Shown here: positions 1 to 10,500 of the stretch, piece after piece | How positions within the stretch are numbered: the first letter of the stretch is position 1 | How the letters are laid out: every line of letters begins with the position of its first letter | From: Methanobacteriota archaeon | GTDB taxonomy: Archaea; Thermoplasmatota; Poseidoniia; Poseidoniales; Thalassarchaeaceae | NCBI GenBank assembly: GCA_018650285.1 | Contig: JABIGF010000023.1 | Location: forward strand, 12,091 to 76,090 | Length of the DNA stretch: 64,000 bases | Direction: 5' to 3' | The notes under the pieces: model-generated | Databases searched by the model: none | Seen by the model: only the letters and a program-made list of their open reading frames with translations | What the model was told of the DNA's origin: nothing | Position numbers and translations under genes: made by a program

Positions 1-255
1 GAAAGAATGGGGTGGAATCAGATGTTTAGGGACGTTGGGATCCAATTGATTGACCCTGGTTGTGGAGCCTGTATTGGTGCTGGACCCGGTGTATCAAATA
101 ATTCGGAACAAGTTTCTATTTCGGCTATTAATCGAAATTTTCAAGGTCGTTCTGGCCCAGGAAAACTCTACCTTGCAAGCCCGCTAACTGTAATGGCTAG
201 CGCCTTTATGGGAAAAATAGTTGCTTGGACACCTGAACTTTTCGCAACAAATTGA
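1..255 (+). CDS. Aconitase-family dehydratase large subunit, C-terminal fragment (3-isopropylmalate / homoaconitate dehydratase-like); 5' end lies outside the window
   Basis: The translation contains GCGACIGAGPG (Fe-S Cys ligand region), INRNFQGRSG and the LASPLTVMASA tail. This is the typical C-terminus of LeuC/HacA/aconitase large subunits. The frame is open from base 1. Confidence 0.7.
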   Translation, partial: ERMGWNQMFRDVGIQLIDPGCGACIGAGPGVSNNSEQVSISAINRNFQGRSGPGKLYLASPLTVMASAFMGKIVAWTPELFATN

Positions 256-334
256 TTTGTTATGGAGCCATTGTTTGGGCCTTGTATCTGATTAATTTGA
301 AACTGATAAAATTTGGATAACCGCCCTAACATGA

Positions 335-349
335 AAAAGTATAATTTTT
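335..349 (+). promoter_or_regulatory. AT-rich TATA-like box upstream of top6B
   Basis: AAAAGTATAATTTTT lies in the 200-nt intergenic gap before top6B. It is the only strong TATA-like element there. No TSS data are available. Confidence 0.3.
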
Positions 350-459
350 CTCACATCCAATACACACTACTTATGACCCGTCGCTAAAGTCGAGTGTTTT
401 GCCGCTTACTAGCCCCTCGTCATTCGGCCGAGGGAGGACTGGAGGGAGGGAAAAGTGAC

Positions 460-2655
460 ATGGCGTCTACACGTAGCAAAATGCAACAAGCAAGCATCAG
501 CGAATTTTTTGAGAAAAACAAGCACTTTCTCGGGTTTGATACTCTTAATCGATCCATCATTACTGCCGCCAAAGAATCTGTAGATAATTCACTTGATGCT
601 TGTGAAGAAGCAAGATTATTGCCTGATATCCATATTGAAATTAGAAAGGTACCCGGAAAAAAAGACGAACTAGAAATGATTAGCCAAGATAATGGTCCGG
701 GAATACCACCTGATGCGATTACCAAGGTGTTTGGAAGTTTGCTTTTTGGTTCACGGTTCCACACCATTAGACAAACTCGCGGTCAACAAGGAATTGGTAT
801 TACAGGAGTTGTAATGTATAGCCAATTAACAACTGGAAAAAAAACACATGTCATATCAAAAGTCAAAGATGAAGCAACCGCTGTTTATCTTGACATTGGG
901 CTTGATACAAAAAAGAACAAAGCAATTACTAGTAACCGAAAACGCGACCACTGGTTCAATTCTGATGGTGAAATCATAGAGCATGGTGTAAAAGTAAGAG
1001 CGCAGATGAAAGCAAAATATCAACGCGGAAAACAAAGTGTACACCAATATTTGAGAATGACTTCAATCGTCAATCCACACGCCTCAATTTCCCTCACTGT
1101 TTACGATGAAGAAGGAGCGGTAATTGATGAAGGAAATTGGCCAAGAGTCACCGAAGTATTACCACGGCCAGTTAAAGAAATCCGTCCTCACCCTCATGGA
1201 TTAGAAATAGGTTCACTACAACGTTTCATGAGAGATTCTGAAGAGCGGAAAATGACATCATTCTTGCGCCACAATTTTTCAGGAGTATCAATGCGTGCTG
1301 CACGAGAAGTACTTGGACAAGCAGGAGTTGACGAGGCGCGAAAACCAACAACGATTACTGCTCCAGAAGCTCAAGCAATGCTTGAAGCATTCAAGAAAGT
1401 GAAATTGTTAACACCTCCAACTGATTGCCTTTCCCCTATTGAAGATCTGTTAATTAAGAAAGGATTATCAAAAGCAATTGATTCAAAATTCGTTTCAACG
1501 GTAACAAGATTGCCGAGTGTTGCAAATGGTAATCCGTTCCAAGTTGAAGTTGGATTAATTTTCGGCACAGAATTAGCAGCAGATGGACCTGTGGAAGTAT
1601 TGAGGTTTGCCAATAGAGTGCCACTAATGTATCAACAAGGTGGATGTTTACTAACAAAATCAATTGAAAGTGTTGATTGGAAAAAATATGGATTAGAACA
1701 CCCAGGTGGAAGAGGGGTGCCTAAGGGTCCGGCTGCTATTCTTGTTCACCTTGCAAGCACGAATGTTCAATTTACTAGTGAAGCAAAAGAAGCTCTTTCA
1801 GATAATGAAGAAGTACTCAATGAAATGCGTCTAGCACTTCAAGAAGTTGGGCGGGGATTGAGAAACCACAAACGAAAGAGCAAACAGAGAGAAAAGGCCC
1901 GGGAAAAATTTGAATTAGTCAATGTAATCTTGCCTGAAATTAGTAAAAAGGCTAGTTTGATTCTTGGTCGGGAAGAGCCAAACCTTGCACCAGTAATTAC
2001 CAGCATTATGAATGCGGTATTTGTTGAAGAAAGCGCAGAATGGGACTCAAGTGAAAAGATTACACGATGTATTATCAAACTGTTCAATTATACTGCAAGA
2101 CCTCGACAATACACACTTCTAGCAACTTGGCCAGAACGAGAAGGCGTTGAAATTATTGAAGAAAATGTTGAAGGAAGAAGGGAAGCAAAAGGTCTTAGAA
2201 AGTGGAAACTTGAAACCGTTGCCCCAAGTGAAATGTTGGAAATATCCTTTGCTCTTGATGGGTTGTCAAAGGGAGATTGGAATCAATACGATGTCTTCTT
2301 CCGTGGTTCTGGAGATATCATTGGGGCAATGAAACTCGATGAGAAGATTCTTGAAGAAATAAGAAAAGAAGAAGATGCCGAAAAAGAAGAATTACGAATT
2401 AAGTCCGCTGATATTGCAGAAGATGCTATGGAATCTGACGTTGATAATTCAGAAGATTTAGGCCCTGATGAATTAGATGATGCTCTGAAGGGGCCGCTCG
2501 GAGATGTATTGAGTGAATCAAGTGATGAAGAAATTATTGAAGCGCATGATTCAGATGAAAGTGGAACATTAGACCGCGTAGAAATAGAAGATGCAGTTCA
2601 AGAAACACAAACGCGTCAAGCCAATTTGTTAGATGGAGAATGGGGTGATTCATGA
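460..2655 (+). CDS. top6B: DNA topoisomerase VI subunit B (GHKL ATPase) with a long acidic C-terminal extension
   Basis: Bergerat-fold motifs ESVDNSLDACEE and QDNGPGI are present, followed by GxxGxG-like GQQGIG. The stop overlaps the top6A start (ATGA). ATG 460 is preceded by GGAGGGAGGG; the ORF track starts at GTG 394. Confidence 0.9.
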   Translation: MASTRSKMQQASISEFFEKNKHFLGFDTLNRSIITAAKESVDNSLDACEEARLLPDIHIEIRKVPGKKDELEMISQDNGPGIPPDAITKVFGSLLFGSRFHTIRQTRGQQGIGITGVVMYSQLTTGKKTHVISKVKDEATAVYLDIGLDTKKNKAITSNRKRDHWFNSDGEIIEHGVKVRAQMKAKYQRGKQSVHQYLRMTSIVNPHASISLTVYDEEGAVIDEGNWPRVTEVLPRPVKEIRPHPHGLEIGSLQRFMRDSEERKMTSFLRHNFSGVSMRAAREVLGQAGVDEARKPTTITAPEAQAMLEAFKKVKLLTPPTDCLSPIEDLLIKKGLSKAIDSKFVSTVTRLPSVANGNPFQVEVGLIFGTELAADGPVEVLRFANRVPLMYQQGGCLLTKSIESVDWKKYGLEHPGGRGVPKGPAAILVHLASTNVQFTSEAKEALSDNEEVLNEMRLALQEVGRGLRNHKRKSKQREKAREKFELVNVILPEISKKASLILGREEPNLAPVITSIMNAVFVEESAEWDSSEKITRCIIKLFNYTARPRQYTLLATWPEREGVEIIEENVEGRREAKGLRKWKLETVAPSEMLEISFALDGLSKGDWNQYDVFFRGSGDIIGAMKLDEKILEEIRKEEDAEKEELRIKSADIAEDAMESDVDNSEDLGPDELDDALKGPLGDVLSESSDEEIIEAHDSDESGTLDRVEIEDAVQETQTRQANLLDGEWGDS

Positions 2656-3755
2656 TGAGTGGAACAGGAAAAACAAACGAAGGTGTAATTGAATCGCTTC
2701 ACGAAGTTGCTGCAGAAATGCATAACAAAATGATGAAAGGATCCGCGCCAACAATGACTTTGCCGGTTAGGACAAAAAAGAACATTGAGTTTGATAAGAG
2801 GCTAGGTGTATACAAATATGGCAAAAAGAGGTCTCTCCGTGATGCTACATCCTTACGCTCAGCGAACCAATTACTCCGTGCATTGCATATTATTGAATTC
2901 ATCGAAGAGATGATTGATAATGGCAAATCATCAACTCTGAGAGAAATGTATTACATCTCAGAAGCTTGGGGGCATGGAAAATTTGGAAGTCAAAATGAAA
3001 GTAATAATTTGGCAGAAGATTTGGAAATTGTGACGAAATGCATGCGAGAGGATTTCAAATTACGTCCTGAAGAAGACGGGGCAAGAATGATTGGAGACAT
3101 CACCATAAATGAGAGAAACCGAAAAGGCGTGTGGATGAGAATAAATGCACGTGATGATGTGGGGGATTCTGGCTATGGTGTACCATACAATGTGGAATCT
3201 GAAAAATTGGAACTATTGGAACAGGATGTTGATTTCATTATGGCTATCGAAACTGGTGGTATGTTTGACCGATTGATTGAGAACGGTTTTGATGAAGATT
3301 ATCGCGCCGGTCTTTTGCATCTGAAAGGGCAGCCTGCTCGCTCAACACGGCGTATATTGAAACGGATGAATGAAGAGTGGAATCTTCCGATTGTCGTCTT
3401 CCTTGACGGGGACCCTTGGTCATTCAGAATTTTCGCAAGTATTGCTTATGGGGCTATTAAAACTGCACATATTTCTGAATATCTAGCAACGCCCTCAGCA
3501 TCATATCTCGGAATTACTGCCGATGATATTCTTGCATACGACCTACCATCTGATGACCTGTCGCCAAAGGATATTGAAGCGTTGAAAGCGGAATTGACTG
3601 ACCCGAGATTTGCAGATGGGTGGTGGCAAAACCAAATTAACATGATGCTTGATTTAGGTAAAAAGGCTGAACAGCAGTCATTGGCAAAGTATGGTTTAGA
3701 TTTCGTAACCGATACTTATCTGCCTGAAAAGTTGAGGGGCCTCGGATTAATCTAA
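2652..3755 (+). CDS. top6A: DNA topoisomerase VI subunit A (Spo11 homologue)
   Basis: 367 aa with a winged-helix region containing REMYY (catalytic Tyr region) and a Toprim region IMAIETGG ... FLDGDPWSFRI. It is translationally coupled to top6B. Confidence 0.9.
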   Translation: MMSGTGKTNEGVIESLHEVAAEMHNKMMKGSAPTMTLPVRTKKNIEFDKRLGVYKYGKKRSLRDATSLRSANQLLRALHIIEFIEEMIDNGKSSTLREMYYISEAWGHGKFGSQNESNNLAEDLEIVTKCMREDFKLRPEEDGARMIGDITINERNRKGVWMRINARDDVGDSGYGVPYNVESEKLELLEQDVDFIMAIETGGMFDRLIENGFDEDYRAGLLHLKGQPARSTRRILKRMNEEWNLPIVVFLDGDPWSFRIFASIAYGAIKTAHISEYLATPSASYLGITADDILAYDLPSDDLSPKDIEALKAELTDPRFADGWWQNQINMMLDLGKKAEQQSLAKYGLDFVTDTYLPEKLRGLGLI

Positions 3756-4510
3756 TCATTACTGCCCAATACAGCCCACCAAGGCAACGGTACTTTTTTG
3801 CCCGCTATTATTACTCGGCGGTCTGCATCTGCAATCTCATACATCATACGCTCTCTTACTTCTGTGATGATAGCCTCGGCCTCGGGAACTTCCAATCTTA
3901 GTGTGTCGCTCCAGGCATCTAAGTCAACAGGGCGTCGTGGCCGTTCTAGTAATGTGTGTACAAGATTTCGCTCTTCATAACCCCTGAAATTTTCATCTAC
4001 CGTCGATGAAACTCGACTCATTACTTGTTGATGAAGGGCGATTAGTGCATCTCTTTGAGCGTCTAATAATTCTAATGTTTCATTAAGTTGGCCAACTAAA
4101 TCCATCGCTTCACTAACTGATACTTTACGTCGGCCACCTATCTTTTCAGCAATTGGAATTGCATTATCTGGAAGTTTGTTTGACAGTCTTACCGGGCCAC
4201 CTGGCGGTAACGTCCGATGATCTGAACGGAATAAATCAGGGCCCAAATCAAGGCGTAGTGAAAACGACTGCTTGACTGAAAAAATCTTTTTTGGAGGGCC
4301 TCCTTTGTCGCTTTTCACCTTTTCAGAATCAACAAAGCCGGCTTCCTCTAACACTTTCAAGTGCTTCATGACTGCTTGTTGACTGATTTCAAGGTGTTGA
4401 GACAACTGCAATGGATAGTGCGGTTCTCGCACTAACATCTCAAGAATTTGACGGCGAGCCTTGTTTTCAAGTATCGTTAAAGCAGCATCAAAGCCAACCA
4501 CACTATTCAA
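3752..4510 (-). CDS. ArsR-family winged-helix transcription regulator with a C-terminal helical domain
   Basis: The N-terminus ILENKARRQILEMLVREPHYPLQLSQHLEISQQAVMKHLKVLEEAGFV is a typical ArsR/HTH_20 signature. Confidence 0.7.
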   Translation of the reverse strand: MNSVVGFDAALTILENKARRQILEMLVREPHYPLQLSQHLEISQQAVMKHLKVLEEAGFVDSEKVKSDKGGPPKKIFSVKQSFSLRLDLGPDLFRSDHRTLPPGGPVRLSNKLPDNAIPIAEKIGGRRKVSVSEAMDLVGQLNETLELLDAQRDALIALHQQVMSRVSSTVDENFRGYEERNLVHTLLERPRRPVDLDAWSDTLRLEVPEAEAIITEVRERMMYEIADADRRVIIAGKKVPLPWWAVLGSND

Positions 4511-4561
4511 CTCAAGGTTGTGTAATCGCCCGCCTTGTAAAAACCCACCTCTATTTTGAGA

Positions 4562-5845
4562 TTAGATTTCATCAAAGTTTACAAATCTTGATTCTGTCAT
4601 TGAAATATCGGCCGCATATGCTATTTTATGGCTATTCAATGAATCTATGAGTGTTGTTGTTGCTAAAGATGGGGTGTTGCCATTAACTAAATTGAGGAAA
4701 TCTTGAACTAATCGTAAATCGCCATCACCATGCAAGTCGTCAATGACCCCTACATCCACAATCTCTTCATGGTATTCTTCGCCATCAACAGCTGCAGGTT
4801 TCAAAATAGTAAACACACCAGTTGTCATATCTCCAAAGATTTCACCTTTAGTCCCAGTAATCTGAATTTTTCTAGTGCCGCGTGCACTATTTGTAACCAA
4901 ATCGTGAGTTGCAATTGAACCATTTTCAAATTCAACAATAACTGATTGACGATCTGCAACATTGTTGTCTGAATGCCACACGCAACGGCCATAATCATTG
5001 TTAGAAATATGTTTAGCAGATGCGATTTCATCTGCTTCCCCTCCACTCTCATAATTTATTTCACCTGAAAGTGAATAGAATGGCCACCAATTGTTATCGA
5101 TGTAATGACGTTTTGCTGAATGTTGACACTCTCTTTCAATTTGACAATCAAAACAATTTTCACCAGATTTATCTGGTTTGTTTTTTGAAGAAAAGAAATG
5201 ACGGCCACCCATTGAAGAAATTTTTATTGGGTTTATTCCACTATTAAACCAACAAATCAAATCTAAATCATGGCAACATTTTGCCAACATTATTGGATTC
5301 GTTTCTCGGCGGTTCCATTTTCCTCTAACAAAGGCGACTGCCATGTGGTGGTATGACACATTTTCAGTAGAATGGATGTGAATTATTTCGCCAATATCTC
5401 CACTCATTATTCTTTGTTTAATCACATTGTAAAATGGTGCATAACGCAATACATGACAAATCACCACATGAACACCAGATTTTTCAACCGCTGTATTAAG
5501 CAAATTTAATTCAACGGGCGAAGGTGCGATTGGCTTTTCCAACAATATGTGATAACCAGCCTCAATTAGAGGAATTGATGTTTCAACATGAACTTCATCC
5601 ATTGTACCATTAATTGCAACATCACCAAACTTTGGTATTGCTGCTAATTCTTGAGCACTAGAAAAACATCGCTCGTCGGGGATATTCCATTTTTCAGCAA
5701 AGGTTGCGAGCCTCATACTATTTGGGTCGGCTAATCCTACTATTTCCATTTCATCCGGATTTTGCTCTGCATAAGATGCGTAACAAGCAGTCCGATGACC
5801 TAAGCCAACCAACACTGCACGCACCGCCGCCACAAGCACACCCAA
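4562..5845 (-). CDS. Gfo/Idh/MocA-family NAD(P)-dependent oxidoreductase
   Basis: N-terminal Rossmann segment VLVGLGHR, then the EKP motif (LLEKPIAPS) and a C-terminal alpha/beta domain. 427 aa, TTG start in the ORF track. Confidence 0.7.
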   Translation of the reverse strand: MGVLVAAVRAVLVGLGHRTACYASYAEQNPDEMEIVGLADPNSMRLATFAEKWNIPDERCFSSAQELAAIPKFGDVAINGTMDEVHVETSIPLIEAGYHILLEKPIAPSPVELNLLNTAVEKSGVHVVICHVLRYAPFYNVIKQRIMSGDIGEIIHIHSTENVSYHHMAVAFVRGKWNRRETNPIMLAKCCHDLDLICWFNSGINPIKISSMGGRHFFSSKNKPDKSGENCFDCQIERECQHSAKRHYIDNNWWPFYSLSGEINYESGGEADEIASAKHISNNDYGRCVWHSDNNVADRQSVIVEFENGSIATHDLVTNSARGTRKIQITGTKGEIFGDMTTGVFTILKPAAVDGEEYHEEIVDVGVIDDLHGDGDLRLVQDFLNLVNGNTPSLATTTLIDSLNSHKIAYAADISMTESRFVNFDEI

Positions 5846-5961
5846 CCCCTCAAGAGAGGGTCACACACTTGATACCCGCGAGAGAACTGTTCATCTCAAA
5901 CAGTAAGCAAACATGACGGTTGCACACAAGTATCAAAGAGGATAGGGGTGAGGCGGGAGCG

Positions 5962-6513
5962 ATGCAAAGAAAGTGGTTCATGCGCCAATATTGGCGATTA
6001 CAACAATCTCAGACCCTTATTTCAATGGTGTTTTGGTGTACAACACTAACCCTCCTTATCTGGCCATATGTGTCTTGGCGGTTTGACTCAAATTCGACTA
6101 TGATTGGAATACCTATGACATATTTTGGATTGGGTCTAATTGCGTTTGGTGTATTATTTACTGTCCTTTCAATTGGTTATATCTATGACCAATTCTTAGC
6201 CTTGTGGAAGGAACAAAGAACTGTGGATACTGAAAGGAACCCATTTGGAACATATGCAATGATACCCGTAAATACGGTAATTGTTGGCATGTTGAATAAA
6301 GTTCTTAGAGAACAATCTAAAGATGACAATGAAATTCAAAAAACATGTGCTTGGGTAGACCAATGGCTTGCATGGTCGGCAAAACAAGAAATCTGGGCGC
6401 GCTCTCAGCGATTCTGGGACGAAACATTTCCTGAACCTGTTCCAGACTTGTTCTTCATGCCAGAAGGTTCGATTGAAGCTGCTAGAGATATTGGTAAGAA
6501 ATTAGATGATTAG
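5962..6513 (+). CDS. Hypothetical integral membrane protein
   Basis: It has several hydrophobic helices (LISMVFWCTTLTLLIWPYV, YFGLGLIAFGVLFTVLSIGYIY). ATG 5962 is preceded by a purine-rich SD-like stretch; the ORF track starts at TTG 5920. Confidence 0.55.
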   Translation: MQRKWFMRQYWRLQQSQTLISMVFWCTTLTLLIWPYVSWRFDSNSTMIGIPMTYFGLGLIAFGVLFTVLSIGYIYDQFLALWKEQRTVDTERNPFGTYAMIPVNTVIVGMLNKVLREQSKDDNEIQKTCAWVDQWLAWSAKQEIWARSQRFWDETFPEPVPDLFFMPEGSIEAARDIGKKLDD

Positions 6514-6517
6514 GTAT

Positions 6518-7450
6518 TCAACCTTCATCCCAATCTTTCCAAGAAGATTTTTGTTCTTCTGCTTGTATAGATGATTCGGTTTCTACTTCAGATGGGGTTT
6601 CACTTCCCATATCTTGAGAGGTTGTTTCCTCTGATGGTTTAGTAGACTCAACAAGAGAGTCTGGTCGATCAGAAAATGGAGGGGGAGTCATTTCTGATTG
6701 GATATCTGACGGCACTTTGAAATCAATCGTGATTTTTCCATCGGGCCCTGCTCTTTCTTGTAATCGTGCTAATGCATAGATTTGTTCGGTTGTCAATACT
6801 GCCCCACTATTTGTCAACCCTTGCATTGCGAGGCTGATTTGCCTACCATCGGATGTCTTTAGAGTAACATTAGATGATTTGGGGGCGTGCTTTTTTTGCC
6901 TAAAATACATGATAACTGAGAGTGGTAATAGACAAACCGAGACAACAAGAGCGAAGCATGAAGAAAGAACTGCAGGTTGTGTAAATGCTTCTTCACTAAC
7001 TTGATTTTGGTCTACAATAAAAATTGATAAATTTGAATCTGAAACAAAATTCATTTGGGTATTATTCGGTGGCTTAATCCAACCCATTGTTGTGAATATT
7101 ATTCCATCAGGATATTCCATATCACCCACACCCGCAAAAAGGGAGGGTTCTGACAAAGTTACTTCTTCTCCATTTTCATAAATTGTAACTGAACCATCAA
7201 TTGACTTGCTATCGGTCGTATTTTGAAACAAAGAATAGATTCGCAATCCTGTCAAATTTACCTCTAAGCTTGAACCGGGTTCAATGACTGCGATATTAAA
7301 TTGGTCTGGTTGCATCTCATTGCTAATTGATGGCAATGTGGTAAGTAGGCCCACAACTCCAAGCAATAGAGTGACAAGTCCGGCAATCAACAAACGACGT
7401 GCCCATGCCGGTTTTTTCGGCGATGGCTGTTGAATCATTGTGCTCACCAA
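6518..7450 (-). CDS. Hypothetical membrane-anchored protein
   Basis: N-terminal TM (LLIAGLVTLLLGVVGLLTTL), a second TM (CFALVVSVCLLPLSVIMYF) and an acidic Ser/Thr-rich tail. I recognised no family. Confidence 0.5.
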   Translation of the reverse strand: MVSTMIQQPSPKKPAWARRLLIAGLVTLLLGVVGLLTTLPSISNEMQPDQFNIAVIEPGSSLEVNLTGLRIYSLFQNTTDSKSIDGSVTIYENGEEVTLSEPSLFAGVGDMEYPDGIIFTTMGWIKPPNNTQMNFVSDSNLSIFIVDQNQVSEEAFTQPAVLSSCFALVVSVCLLPLSVIMYFRQKKHAPKSSNVTLKTSDGRQISLAMQGLTNSGAVLTTEQIYALARLQERAGPDGKITIDFKVPSDIQSEMTPPPFSDRPDSLVESTKPSEETTSQDMGSETPSEVETESSIQAEEQKSSWKDWDEG

Positions 7451-7526
7451 GAGGTCTCACTTTGAAAGGCATTGGTTATCCATCAATCACCAGCAATGTG
7501 GTGAAAGATGGTTGCGAGTATCAACT

Positions 7527-10500
7527 TCAGAACATGTCATCAGTTGACATTAGGCTGCTTTGTTCTGCAACCTTTGCCAATGCTTCCTTGCGGCGACCGT
7601 ACATCACAAGTCCAGCAACTGCTAGAAGTGAAAGTGTCAACAAGATGATGATTGCAGGTACGCTCCACTCACCAAGTGTTTCTGTTGCTTGGTCTATCCA
7701 TCCATTACTGGATTTCAAACCGCCGTCGATTTCTTGGATGTTATCTCGCTCACTTGATTCAACAATCATATTGTCTGGATCGATGATAACTACAATTTCA
7801 TGGTTACCGGCTTTTACAGGGTAAAGAAGTACGATTTCAGCAGGCTCTACACGGTCTGCTGCATCTGGTGGCATTAATGCGCCAATTACTTGGCGGTATG
7901 CTACATTCTCTTCATCGCAGCCATTCTTACGAACATCGTCTTTAGATTGGTCTTGACAAACAATGATGTGAATATCTGTTGCGTGTACATTTCCATCGTT
8001 AACAACATGGACAGTAATTGGTAGCATGTCACCTACATCTCCAGAAGTTATTCCTACCTCCACTTTGTCAAATCGCAAATTTGGTGCGCGCAGTCTAATG
8101 GTAACTGTCAACTCGTTAGTATCCATTAAGTCGCCTTCCCATGATTCTGAATCATCATGGTCGCCGCCTTCCACCATATTTCCAAAGAATGAACGGACCT
8201 TCAATCCCAAATCTTGGTTACCTAGAGCTGCGTCCGTGCTAATGTTAACAAGAGCAACAATTGGAATTGTTGTGTAAGATGCCATCTCAGGTAAAATCCA
8301 GGTGCCATCAGCATGACGAACACACTCGCCAGCAGGTGCTTCTTCCCCTACTGCAAGTTCACGGCATGGGATTTCAAATTGACCATCCATCACAGCCCAT
8401 GAAATTTGCCACTTATCCAAATGCCCCATTCCTGGGCGTTCGCTCCATACTCCTGAAGAGAGATCAATGGTATGGTTGTGAAGAGTTGCTCGGTCAGGAA
8501 CGTTACCGTTGTTGGTAACATTTAGATTGAATCGAACAGTTCTTCCTGGAGCAGTTGTCTTCACATCAGACTCAACAAATGGGTCTAACAGAAGTTGCAT
8601 ATCATGGAATTCATTGACTGTTATTTTGAGAGTCATTGAGTCACGAAGGCGTGTTGGCCTGCCTGCTGCATCAGGATAAGATTCTTCCGAAAATACATCA
8701 AGAACGATTTCATAATCGCCAGCCTCTACCATTAATGGAACATTAACAGTTACAGAAATATTTTCTGCATCGCCACGCTGTAGTTCAGAAAGTATCCCTC
8801 TTGGTACATCTACATCCCATAGAGTTTCAACACCTGTTGCTAAGTCTGTGACGCGTGCCACGCGTATATCGTATCGGTCAGCACCATTACCAAGATTGGT
8901 TGTGATAATTGGGACTTCAAGTTCATCCGATGGATTAACTGTGTACTCATAAGGTACAGATGCGCCAGATACTTCTGAATCAAGGTCGTAAACATGTATG
9001 ACATTAGTTGAAAGTATTACTGAGTCTGATACTCGGCTTGCACCTTCAAGATGTGCTTTAATTGTCAATGCTGGCCCTAAGCCTGCATCTGCATTGTTTG
9101 GAGCACAAATAACTGCTGTCACGGTATATGGATAATCAATTGTACCCCAGTGACGAGGTTCATTCAATCCCTGTCCATTCCCACCAGGAGCATTTGCAAA
9201 ATCTACTGAAAGTGTCCAGTGGTCCTCTTTCCAAATGTGCTCAGGAATTTCATCAGGGCGCACTGCTGGTGCACCAGGTGTTGTGAAAATCAAATAACCA
9301 GGTTGGAAGTGCTTGATTACATCAATATCATATGTTGCACAATCTCCAGGCAAGACATAATCTGTTGTATCATATATTTCAAAGACAATATTGCCTGTTG
9401 AACGTATACTTACGTTGACAAATAATTCCAACACATCCATTGAACCGGCTGCTACAGATTTGCGCGGCTCACCCATAGACCATCCTTTCAAGAATAACGC
9501 GAACGTTCCGGGTTCTTGAGTTGTGGGAACGCTAATTTCTAAGTTCTTCGTAACCGATTGACCGGGGTCAAGAGAAACCTGTAATGGGAATCGAATTTGC
9601 CAACCAAATGGAAGCAACCACTCTTGTTGACCTTCAATCGTATTGGGGTCATAGAAAGCATAACTATCGTACACATTACCAGTATTGGTTATCGTAATTG
9701 AGAAAATTGCTGTTTGTCCTTGTTCGACATCTGATTGCTGGTGTGTTGTATCTAACTGTATTCCATGTACAACATCCATCATAGTAAGAGTCAGTCTATC
9801 TGACCTTATTGCTGGATCTTTATGCGATACCGCTGACACCGTAATATACGAATTTTCATCGTGATGTGCTTGATAAACTGAAGGTGCCCTTACACGCAAA
9901 TATACTCTTTCAGCTTCTCCACCTTTCAGATAGATGTTAGTATCTGGGAAAATTGCTGTATGATTGCTTGCAAAGAAGAGAGTCATTGTCCAGTTTCCAG
10001 CATTACACTGGTTAGAGATGCTGTGAGCCTCTGCAATTTCTTGTGGTACAATACACATCATACTCATGTTTAGTGAATAAGTATCTGCAACTAAGTCAAT
10101 AGGACCTGGTGTAGTATTGTTGATTGTCATGTTGAAGATTGTCTCTTCACCTGGCTCAATAATGTGCAACCAGTCTGCTTCTCCGTCCTCAAGGAACACA
10201 TCAACTTGACCTGTCAAAATATGTGTGTAACATACTGTGTACATGTTATTGTTTGAAGTCCCATCACACTTTGTAGTATCAGACCATGCAAGGTGAGCAC
10301 CACTTCCAAGGTCGTTCGCAAATGCTGGTGGTTGACCAAGTTCAGGAGCGCGTCCTGTGTTTGGCCCTAGTTTGTCTGATGCCCACTTTGTCACTGGTGT
10401 AGGCTCCCATTCGTCAAGAACGAAAGTTGCTAAGGAATTTAGTGGGATTCCATTTGGATAAGCATCGTTTGTATGATTGAGACGAGTATACATTATCTCT

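Noticed and set aside
394-459. GTG 394 as the top6B start (ORF-track start)
   Set aside because: The extra 22 aa (MFCRLLAPRHSAEGGLEGGKSD) are not part of the conserved Top6B N-terminus. ATG 460 is preceded by a strong GGAGGGAGGG element. The upstream start cannot be fully excluded.
7399-7824. 141-aa plus-strand ORF bridging the 5' end of the 310-aa gene and the 3' end of the 1690-aa gene
   Set aside because: It overlaps both better-supported minus-strand genes in antisense. It has no start context or recognisable motifs.
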